Below, one piece after another: positions 6,520-14,516 of a stretch of 64,000 nt of DNA. Numbering within the stretch: the stretch's first letter is position 1; every line of letters begins with the position of its first letter. The stretch lies in IMG/VR virus record IMGVR_UViG_3300022744_000027, positions 12,806-76,805 of that record; one strand, written 5' to 3'. Below the pieces are notes generated by a model. That model did not search any database. It was not told the origin of the DNA and saw only the letters and a list, made by a program, of their open reading frames with translations. The position numbers were made by a program, and so were the translations under genes. This DNA comes from a virus. Lineage: Duplodnaviria; Caudoviricetes.

Positions 6520-9108
6520 TTAAGAAAACGAAAAGTTGCGGTCAAGTTTTTGCGTCACGGGCAATGAAACCGGGGCGCCCGTAAGTTGGTAGTCGCGGAT
6601 GTATTCCGGCTCATACCCGGACAGGTAAACGGCAATATCCACGCGGGCCAGCGACGAGTAGGTGTAGGTGTAGGCGCTTCCACCCACTGAATTGCCCGTG
6701 TCCAGAGCAGTGGTCGTGCCGGATTCGAGAATCACGACGTCAGAGCCCGGGATGATTCCGGCCACGGTAAGGCCGATGGCATCCAGCGGGTAAAGCGCCG
6801 CGTTTTGGGCGGCCAGTGTGGTTACGCCGTCAATCCGCAGGCTGTCCAGCTTGTTGCTGCTGTTTGTCGCCGTGCATGTGATGCGGATGCGCAGAATCCA
6901 TCCATCGGTGGGGCTTACCCCCGCCTCGGCGCTCAGGTTCGTGGTGTTGAGCGTTTTCCATGTGCCACTGAAGCCAGCGCCCTTGTCCACATCGTATTCA
7001 AACGCATGATTGGCGGTGTTGGTTCCCTGGCTCACCATGCCGGAAAAGCCGCTCCAGCCCAGCACGCGGTATGGCCATGTGTAAATGATCTGGTCGCCCG
7101 CCGTCCGCATTAAAAGCGAACCCGTGGCGTTGAACACCGGCGTACCCGCCGTGACGATGTAAAGGCCCGGAGCGACGGTGGTTTTCTCCACAAAAATGAT
7201 GGCAGCCCGCGCGGTGGTGTCGCCCGTGAAGGCATCCCAGTAGCAAGTACCGTAAACGGCAATATAACTGGTAGGCATCGAGCCGCCGTTTTGCCGGTTG
7301 CCCCGCGTCCAAGCATTCAGGTACTGCGGGCCAATGGTCTTGCTGGCGTCTGTGTTGTAGCAATTCTCCAGCTTGAAGCCGTTGTTTGTGTTTGTGCCGC
7401 TGGCCAGGTTGAGGCGCAGGCCGGTAACCCAATTGCGCTGCACCTTGCATTCGATGTTGTTGCCGCCGTCGCTGAATATGTACCCGGTGGGGTTCACCGT
7501 GCCGCAGTTGTACGGGGCGGCGTCAGAGCCAACAAAGCGCAGAGAGCCGCGCTTGGTCGTGTTCATGAAAATCAGCCCGGTGTACGGGTGGCAGTTGGCA
7601 ACGCCGGGCCAGTTGGTTATGGCCTGCACGTCAATATCGGCTGACTGCGACATGATCTCGACCGCGTTCGAGCCAACGGTCGTGGGCGTCGTCCCAACGG
7701 CCAGGTCGGCGTATTGGTGCGCCTTAATCTTGATGCGGTTGCAGGCGCTTATCAGCATGCGCTTGCCAATTGACTCCACCTTGTCAACGGTCACATCGTC
7801 ACAGGTATTGAAAAACACCGGCCCCGATACCGCCGTCGGCACGCCCGGGAAAGCGCCCCGAACAAGCCCAAACGTCCACACCCCATAGAGGTTCACAAAC
7901 ATCATTGCATAGCCGCTGGTGCTGATTGACTCGGCCCGGACGCCCGTAACCTCACCCACCGTGCCGCCCGTGTAGCACTGCTGAAAAACGATGGCGTTTG
8001 ATGCGAACGGGGTGCCCGCCGCGTAGTTGCTCAGGCCCACATGCACGCGGTCAACGTCGGGCTTTGTCGCGGGCTCCTGGAGCAGCAATTGGTCGCAGGT
8101 GTGCAGGTCGCGGATGTAAACCGAGTACGGCTGGACGATGTTCCAGTACCATGCGCCTGTTGATAAGCTGTGTGTAAGTATGCCCGCGTTTGAAAACCCG
8201 GTGTCATAGCGGTTCGTCATGCCTGCATAGGGCCGGACGGTCACATCCAGGTTTGTCGCGGCGCACGTCTGCAAAATGATGTTTGGCACGCGGATGGCGC
8301 AGCCCGCCACCGGCAGGTCGCCGCATACCGAGGCGTCAACACCGGTGCCAATTGTCAGCAGCCCGGCATCGGAAATGTAAACATAGCGGCTCCGGGAATC
8401 GGTGGAGCAGTTGGCGCTGGTGAACTTTGCGGCCACGTTGTGCCACATCTTGTAAACGCCTGAGCCGGGCGCGGTTTCAATCTCCACGCCGGGGTAAGCG
8501 ATCAGCTGGTCGCCCGTGAAAAATGGCAGTTGCACCGTCTGCCCACGCGCGCCGCTGGTGGTGCCCGCAGTGAACCATCGCCCGTCAACCGTCCAGATCC
8601 CCAGGCGGGAAATGGAAATGGTCTTGTCCACGCACCCAACGACAACAATCCAGCCCGTCTCATCGGGGCCGGATGCAGCCGCGCCAATTCCGGTGAGCGC
8701 ACCGGAGGCGATTGAGCCGCCCGCAACATTTCGCACCTTGAGCCAGCCTGAAGCGGGCATTGCGCCGCCCGCCGCTGTTACCGTGCCGCCCGTTCTGTCG
8801 GACATTACGCACAGCAGCTCACACGTCACGCCGCCCTGCGAAAGCGTTGTACCGCTCGCAGGCACATTGCCCGTACCGGTTGAAAAGGGGATGAGGCGCA
8901 CGCTTGCGCCGCTGAATACCACGGCCCCACCAAGCGTGGTGGATACCGTGATGTTGCCGAACGGCCCGGTCGTTGCGCTGGTGTTTGGACCAAAGCGGGT
9001 ATCGCTGTTGACCGTGAGCGTGCCGCCGTTGACGGAGTAGGTATCGTTACCCGTTTTTCCCGTTAATTGGGTGATGTTTTGGGCGGTTGTAATGGTGAAG
9101 GAGGCCAT
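6520..9108 (-). CDS. Putative virion spike/fibre-like protein (862 aa)
   Basis: Long T/G/N/S-rich ORF in late operon; function not recognised. Confidence 0.75.
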   Translation of the reverse strand: MASFTITTAQNITQLTGKTGNDTYSVNGGTLTVNSDTRFGPNTSATTGPFGNITVSTTLGGAVVFSGASVRLIPFSTGTGNVPASGTTLSQGGVTCELLCVMSDRTGGTVTAAGGAMPASGWLKVRNVAGGSIASGALTGIGAAASGPDETGWIVVVGCVDKTISISRLGIWTVDGRWFTAGTTSGARGQTVQLPFFTGDQLIAYPGVEIETAPGSGVYKMWHNVAAKFTSANCSTDSRSRYVYISDAGLLTIGTGVDASVCGDLPVAGCAIRVPNIILQTCAATNLDVTVRPYAGMTNRYDTGFSNAGILTHSLSTGAWYWNIVQPYSVYIRDLHTCDQLLLQEPATKPDVDRVHVGLSNYAAGTPFASNAIVFQQCYTGGTVGEVTGVRAESISTSGYAMMFVNLYGVWTFGLVRGAFPGVPTAVSGPVFFNTCDDVTVDKVESIGKRMLISACNRIKIKAHQYADLAVGTTPTTVGSNAVEIMSQSADIDVQAITNWPGVANCHPYTGLIFMNTTKRGSLRFVGSDAAPYNCGTVNPTGYIFSDGGNNIECKVQRNWVTGLRLNLASGTNTNNGFKLENCYNTDASKTIGPQYLNAWTRGNRQNGGSMPTSYIAVYGTCYWDAFTGDTTARAAIIFVEKTTVAPGLYIVTAGTPVFNATGSLLMRTAGDQIIYTWPYRVLGWSGFSGMVSQGTNTANHAFEYDVDKGAGFSGTWKTLNTTNLSAEAGVSPTDGWILRIRITCTATNSSNKLDSLRIDGVTTLAAQNAALYPLDAIGLTVAGIIPGSDVVILESGTTTALDTGNSVGGSAYTYTYSSLARVDIAVYLSGYEPEYIRDYQLTGAPVSLPVTQKLDRNFSFS

Positions 9109-9289
9109 GCGTCGTCAATTCCAGCGCGGGGGCTTGTCGGGGCATGCCGCGAACGGCAAAAGGGTTTTTGCGTTCATTACGCAGTAACAAAGGCGGCACG
9201 TCACCACCAGCCCGGCCTGCTTTGCGTGCGGGCACGCCCGGCAAACCGCTAGGCGTTGGGCGGGGGTGGTGAGTGCCGTCATACCGCTA

Positions 9290-10078
9290 TCAGGCCGCGC
9301 GCGCTGCGGTCTTTGCTGCGGCGAATGCAGCGCCGAATCCAGGCTTCACGGCATCGCACAAACCTACGAATTGCGCGTAAATCTGGCCACGAATCATGCC
9401 AATGGCATTGCCGTGCTCGGTGTGGCGGGCGTCCTCGCGGTCGCGCAAGCTGTTGACGGCCGTTTGCGCGGCGTTGGCGGCAGAAAGCGCTGCGGATGCA
9501 TCGCCACCGGCTGTAGCAATGGCGGTGGCCATGCCCGTCAGCTGGTCTTGAATGCCCGCAATGGTCACGTCCAGCGCATTCAGGCGGGTGATCAGTGCCG
9601 CGATTTGCTGCGCTTGGCCCGCATCAACGCCTTGCAGCGTGGTGATTGTGTCGCGCAGGCCGTTAATGTCAGCCGCAATTTGCGCGCAGTCGCACGTTGC
9701 ACCGCCACCGCCCGCCTGCTCCATCGCGGCAATGCGCGACTCGTAGCTCAGGATGGTGCTGTTGATCTGGCTGATTTGATCAGCGGCGGCGTCGGCACGG
9801 CCTTCCAGCGCAACAACACGATCGATCAGGGCCAGCAGGTTCTGGAGGTTCTGCATGCCGGGGGTATCGGCATCGCCGTCCAGCATGGCCACCAGGCTTG
9901 CGATCTGGGATTGCAGCTGGGCAATGGCGGCGGTGTCGGTGCCGGTCAGAAGGTCAACTTGCTTTTGCAGGTTGCCGATTTCAGCGCCCATAACGGAGCC
10001 GACCTCGCCCAAAATACAGGCAAGCTCGGATTGAATCAGGGTTTTCAGGTCGTCGATTTGGGGGTTTTCAAGGGACAT
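9290..10078 (-). CDS. Long coiled-coil protein (putative fibre/whisker-like)
   Basis: Heptad-rich sequence with a central GGGGATCDC linker; start MSLENP (or 10090). Confidence 0.7.
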   Translation of the reverse strand: MSLENPQIDDLKTLIQSELACILGEVGSVMGAEIGNLQKQVDLLTGTDTAAIAQLQSQIASLVAMLDGDADTPGMQNLQNLLALIDRVVALEGRADAAADQISQINSTILSYESRIAAMEQAGGGGATCDCAQIAADINGLRDTITTLQGVDAGQAQQIAALITRLNALDVTIAGIQDQLTGMATAIATAGGDASAALSAANAAQTAVNSLRDREDARHTEHGNAIGMIRGQIYAQFVGLCDAVKPGFGAAFAAAKTAARAA

Positions 10079-10119
10079 AAGTGTTTCCAATTAGGGATGA
10101 AACATGGACAAGCCGCCAC

Positions 10120-10308
10120 TCACGCGGGCGGCGTTGCGTTCTCCAGCTGGCTGGGGAAATCGGTAGCGCAGGACTGGCCGTTCAAAACAGCCTGCAGGTC
10201 GCTGATGCGCTGCGTGTGTGACGCGATCTCGGCTGGCACCAGGCAATGCAGCAGCTCGCCAATTGCCACCGCGAAACAGGACAGTTTCTCATCGAGGATA
10301 TTGCTCAT
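10120..10308 (-). CDS. Small hypothetical protein
   Basis: MSNILDEK start with RBS AAGGGA. Confidence 0.5.
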   Translation of the reverse strand: MSNILDEKLSCFAVAIGELLHCLVPAEIASHTQRISDLQAVLNGQSCATDFPSQLENATPPA

Positions 10309-10343
10309 GTAGTTCCCTTGTGGATGCCAAAAGCAGCGGTAAT

Positions 10344-11345
10344 TCACGCCTGCTTCTGAACTGCTCGCGTTATATTTCCGTCCTTGTCGCGTTCGATCTC
10401 TGTGACCATGCGGCGAGGCTCCGGCAATTCTAGCGTCACGTTTGGAGCTGGAACCACGACCGGCTCAATATTCACGACAGGAGCCGCAACGTTGACGACG
10501 GGCGCGGGCACGACCACGGGGTCGATGTTGACGACGGGGGCTGCCACATGGACGACCGGTGCGTCCACGTTGACCACGGGGGCCGGAACCACCACGGGCT
10601 CGATGTTGACGACCGGAGCAGCTTGCTGCGGCACGTTGACATGCACCACTGGCGGGGCCTGTTCCGGCACCGTTACATTGACCACCGGGGCGATCTGCTC
10701 CGGCACCTTTACGTCGATACGCGGGTCAAAGTTGATGACGGGCTGGGCTTGCACCAGGGCCTGTATCGCGAGCACAAGCTGCGACTGCAGTTCGGCAACT
10801 CCATCCATGCGCGCTGAAATCGCAGCCGCATCCTGGGCCCTGCTGGCAGCCAAAGAGGAAACAGAATGATGCATGGCAAGGACCATGCCATCCAGTGATT
10901 TGGCGAGGTCAGACAGGCTGTACAGGTTTACACCGCCAGCCGGACTTGAGCCGGTCGCTACAGGGGACTGAAATGACTTGGCAATCAACCCATTCGCGCT
11001 CGATTTGCGCATCACCAAGCGATCACTGCGAGCCTCCGGCGGGATGCCGACATACCGGCGGTTTCCCGCGTTATCGGCAACGATTATGCCGTCCGCACCC
11101 TCTTCGAGCACCCGGTACCGCTGCATAGTGCGCTTCTTGTGGCCAGCGACATGCTCCCACTTGACCTTGTGATGCTCGCCTCCGTGTTCAACGGTGCAAC
11201 CGTGCTGTCCGGCGCAAACGACCTTGCCGGAAACGGGAAGCCCGGCCTTATGGAAATAGACCTCATCTCCAGGGAATGCGTGGCGCACAGATGGAGTGGC
11301 TGCATTTTTCTGCTTGGTGCTCTTGGGGGCGTTGAAGCTGGCCAT
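10344..11345 (-). CDS. Portal-adjacent protein with tandem (A)PVV[NH][VI] repeats
   Basis: Start overlaps portal stop; about 9 PVV-N/H repeats in the C-terminal half. Confidence 0.8.
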   Translation of the reverse strand: MASFNAPKSTKQKNAATPSVRHAFPGDEVYFHKAGLPVSGKVVCAGQHGCTVEHGGEHHKVKWEHVAGHKKRTMQRYRVLEEGADGIIVADNAGNRRYVGIPPEARSDRLVMRKSSANGLIAKSFQSPVATGSSPAGGVNLYSLSDLAKSLDGMVLAMHHSVSSLAASRAQDAAAISARMDGVAELQSQLVLAIQALVQAQPVINFDPRIDVKVPEQIAPVVNVTVPEQAPPVVHVNVPQQAAPVVNIEPVVVPAPVVNVDAPVVHVAAPVVNIDPVVVPAPVVNVAAPVVNIEPVVVPAPNVTLELPEPRRMVTEIERDKDGNITRAVQKQA

Positions 11346-13120
11346 CAGGGCTCCACTGTGAATACTGGTAATCCAAATGACTTTGCCATTCCTGGCTCGT
11401 CATCCTCCGGTTCGGACGCCGGAGTGCCGCCATCATCGAACATTCCGTCTTCAGTCTTGCCGGCGCCATGTTCGTCGCCGTCATGCTGTCCATCTCCGGC
11501 ATCGCTGTCGATGGACCCGTAGTCCTCGCCTTGGTCATGGTCATCGCCATCTTCAGGCGACTGACCACCACCAGGGCCGGGGGCGCCGTAGTCTTCCTGC
11601 TGGGCCTGGTTTTCAGCCTGCCACGCCGACATCAGCGACGGATTCAGTGGGGCGTTGCCCCATTCCCCCTTAATCTCCTGCATGCCTTGAGCCTTGCGGG
11701 CCTCGTTGAGCGTGAGGATGGTCTTGTCCTTGTCCCAGCGCATCTGGGGGTCTTCTTCATCGAGGCCGGTCCAGCGGAAGACGTACTTGTCGCCGAACTC
11801 GGACACGATGTAGTCGGAAAACAAATCCTCGAAGTGGGACAGCAGCGGGCGTAGGCCCTTGTCCTTGGAGTTGATCAGCTTCTCTTCGGTGTCGGAGCCG
11901 GACAGCGAAGACGTGCCAGCGGTGAACGACTCGAAATTGATCTCGTCGGGGGCAATGCCGTAGATCGCGCAGATGATGGACGTGAGGAACGTCATCCACT
12001 TGGCGAACATGATCTCGTTCACGTCCACGCCGAAGTTTTCAAACGCGGCCTTGGACTCCTGATTTTTCGACACCAGCACGGGGAGCGTCCACGCGTTGTT
12101 GATGCCCTTCACCATGGCATTCCAGTACCGCTTGAAGGCAGCCATGTCCTGGTCGCTGTACTCGCCGGTCAGGTGCAGCAAGCCCTTGGGGATGGCATTC
12201 GAATCGAAATACTTGGTGTTGTAGCTGAAGGCATTGAGGAAGCCCGTGACCACGCGCACCAGCAGCTCGGTCTCGGACAGGCCGTAGCCGCCCACCAGGA
12301 CATCGGTGCGGGGATTGCGCGGAACGTAGATCAGGTCGTCGTGGGTGTAGGCGGCCCGGATGTTCCCATCCACCACCTGCAGCGCGAAAATCTCGTCCTC
12401 GTCGCGGTAGCCGATCTCGTTGGCGAGCCGGATGGTCGCGCCGTCCACGGCATACATGCCGTCAATCCCCAGCGACTTGTCGCGCTTGTATTCTGTTTCG
12501 ATTGGGGCGCTGTCCAGCGTGAGGCTGTCGCGCACCAGCTTGGCCATCAGGTTGGAGAAGTTGTCGCGCTTCAGGCGGGCGCGCTGGCGCGGGTTGCGCT
12601 CCCAGCCGCTGTGCGTGAAGAAGTCCTGCATCAGCGCGATGGATTGCTGCTCGTCGCTGCCAAGTTTTGCGTTGGGGTCTTTCAGGCGCACCTGGAACCC
12701 AGGGCCCTTGCCACCGTCGGGCACTCGGCAAAACCGCTTCACCTGACGGATGCGGGTGAAGATCACGGCCGACAGAATCGGGGTCTGGTCAACCATGCCG
12801 CGCAGCATGTCGAAGCTCATGTTCGACCAGCGCTCACGCCACTCGCCCATGGCGTTGCCATAGGTGTCGTTCACCCACACGGACTGCATGCCGGCCTTGC
12901 CGTCGGCTATGGCCCGGCTCGGGAAAGGTATGACGTTGGGTTTTGCCAGCGACTTTGCGAACTCACTCTCTTCGTACTGCCGCTGCATGTACTCCACGAC
13001 CGGCATCATGTCGGTAACGCTTTTGGGTAGCGCCGCCTGCTGCGCCTCTTGCATGGCGTGCGAGCGCTCATCTTGCGGAGCGGCGCCATTGAAGGCGGTG
13101 GATAGTGCAGTTTCAGCCAT
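11345..13120 (-). CDS. Phage portal protein
   Basis: 591 aa; GYGLSETE, YFDSNAIPKGLL, LTLNEARK, GNAPLNP portal motifs; near terminase. Confidence 0.9.
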   Translation of the reverse strand: MAETALSTAFNGAAPQDERSHAMQEAQQAALPKSVTDMMPVVEYMQRQYEESEFAKSLAKPNVIPFPSRAIADGKAGMQSVWVNDTYGNAMGEWRERWSNMSFDMLRGMVDQTPILSAVIFTRIRQVKRFCRVPDGGKGPGFQVRLKDPNAKLGSDEQQSIALMQDFFTHSGWERNPRQRARLKRDNFSNLMAKLVRDSLTLDSAPIETEYKRDKSLGIDGMYAVDGATIRLANEIGYRDEDEIFALQVVDGNIRAAYTHDDLIYVPRNPRTDVLVGGYGLSETELLVRVVTGFLNAFSYNTKYFDSNAIPKGLLHLTGEYSDQDMAAFKRYWNAMVKGINNAWTLPVLVSKNQESKAAFENFGVDVNEIMFAKWMTFLTSIICAIYGIAPDEINFESFTAGTSSLSGSDTEEKLINSKDKGLRPLLSHFEDLFSDYIVSEFGDKYVFRWTGLDEEDPQMRWDKDKTILTLNEARKAQGMQEIKGEWGNAPLNPSLMSAWQAENQAQQEDYGAPGPGGGQSPEDGDDHDQGEDYGSIDSDAGDGQHDGDEHGAGKTEDGMFDDGGTPASEPEDDEPGMAKSFGLPVFTVEP

Positions 13121-13126
13121 GCGGGA

Positions 13127-13142
13127 AGTGTGCTGTCACGAC
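13127..13142 (-). promoter_or_regulatory. Late-type promoter GTCGTGAC-ag-CACACT (leaderless, portal)
   Basis: Motif 14 nt before ATG 13120. Confidence 0.7.
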
Positions 13143-13170
13143 AACAAAAAAGAAGTTGCCACGAGTTGCG

Positions 13171-13191
13171 GCAACATTTTTGCGGTAGAAT
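13171..13191 (+). promoter_or_regulatory. Early-type promoter/operator GCAACATTTTTGC-gg-TAGAAT
   Basis: Recurrent 13-bp palindrome 2 nt before -10. Confidence 0.65.
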
Positions 13192-13213
13192 TACTGCATC
13201 AACAGGAGAAACC

Positions 13214-13333
13214 ATGAACATCAACGAAATGACCCCACGCGAACGCCAAATCGAAAAGCTGAAAGACTACTTGCTGGCAGTCTCCATCGGACTCGGTCTT
13301 GCTTGGATGTTGGTGGACGCCCTGTCCAAGTAA
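13214..13333 (+). CDS. Small membrane protein (39 aa)
   Basis: RBS AGGAG; one hydrophobic helix. Confidence 0.55.
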   Translation: MNINEMTPRERQIEKLKDYLLAVSIGLGLAWMLVDALSK

Positions 13334-13381
13334 CGGCCTACGGCCACTGCCGCCAAAGTGGCCGACACCCAAGGAAATTCA

Positions 13382-13597
13382 ATGTCATCAAAACGAATCT
13401 ACGCAACCACCGACAACACTGGCGCGCGAAAACTCATCAGTGCCACAACATCGCACCAGGCGGTAGCCCACCATGCCAAGAGCACTATCAGCGTGCGCGT
13501 GGCTACGCCTGAAGACCTGATCGCGCTGACCAAAGCCGGTGTCGATGTCGAGGAAGTCGGAGCAGCACCATCCACAGAAGGCGGGGCTGCAGAATGA
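13382..13597 (+). CDS. Hypothetical phage protein
   Basis: RBS AAGGA; ATGA overlap with dUTPase. Confidence 0.65.
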   Translation: MSSKRIYATTDNTGARKLISATTSHQAVAHHAKSTISVRVATPEDLIALTKAGVDVEEVGAAPSTEGGAAE

Positions 13598-14058
13598 TGC
13601 TAATCGTCCCTCTCAAGGTCAAAAAGCTGCACCTGGATGCCATTGTCCCGGTGCACCAGACAGCAGGCGCGGCCTGCTTTGATTTGCACGCCGTGCTAGA
13701 GGACGATGTCCATCTGAACCACGGCCTAACCGTGAACCCCGGCACCAGCGAGGTCATCCGCACCGGGCTGGCGTTTGAGGTGCCCGCCGGCTACGTGATG
13801 CTGATCTACAGCCGCAGCGGCCACGGCTTCAAAAACGGCGTGCGCCTGAGCAATTCCGTGGGCGTTATCGACTCGGACTACCGCGGGGAAATCAAGGTCG
13901 CGCTGCACAACGACAGCCGCGCCAAGTTCAAGGTGGCCAACGGCGAGCGCATCGCCCAGGCCATGCTCATGCCGGTACCGCGCGTGAACATAGTGGAGAC
14001 TGAGCAACTCAGCGAAACGGATCGCGGCACTGGTGGCTTCGGGAGCACCGGTCGATGA
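13594..14058 (+). CDS. dut: dUTPase (trimeric)
   Basis: AACFDL, SRSG, GVIDSDYRGE, RIAQ, RGTGGFGSTG motifs I-V. Confidence 0.97.
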   Translation: MMLIVPLKVKKLHLDAIVPVHQTAGAACFDLHAVLEDDVHLNHGLTVNPGTSEVIRTGLAFEVPAGYVMLIYSRSGHGFKNGVRLSNSVGVIDSDYRGEIKVALHNDSRAKFKVANGERIAQAMLMPVPRVNIVETEQLSETDRGTGGFGSTGR

Positions 14059-14516
14059 GAAAACGCACGCGCCGAAAGATTTACGCATTGGTTAACCCGA
14101 TTGCCTACGCAATTGAGGGAGCAAGCGTAACCCCCACGGACCAGCTCGATAGTCTTCGTGTTTTAGAGCTTTCCGCCATCGATGCGGTCGCTCGTGGAAT
14201 GGGGACTGTAAAAGACCTTTCGGCGCTGCGCGACATGGCCAACCTCTGTGAAATGATGGCGCTCGGAGGTGTCGGGCCCGAGGCGCTGGAGCCGTCAAGG
14301 CTGGCGCAAAGGGAGATGATCGACGTAGTGGAGCGCCGAAAGAGAACCGGTCGCATTGGCGCCACAGGCTCAGGGCTTGAGTCATTCCGCGAGCTTTTCA
14401 GGTGGCACGACCTCCAGCGCACCAGCATCTCGCGCAGCGAGTACGAGAAATACATCGTGAAGACGACAAACGCCGTCAAAGGCGGCAGAGCCACCGTGGT
14501 CAACTTGGACAATTAA
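14055..14516 (+). CDS. Conserved hypothetical phage protein
   Basis: ATGA-coupled ORF, 153 aa. Confidence 0.7.
   Translation: MRKRTRRKIYALVNPIAYAIEGASVTPTDQLDSLRVLELSAIDAVARGMGTVKDLSALRDMANLCEMMALGGVGPEALEPSRLAQREMIDVVERRKRTGRIGATGSGLESFRELFRWHDLQRTSISRSEYEKYIVKTTNAVKGGRATVVNLDN

Noticed and set aside
9200-9207. GTGGTGAC variant of the late motif
   Set aside because: Followed by GCCGCC rather than an NANNNT hexamer; part of a hairpin
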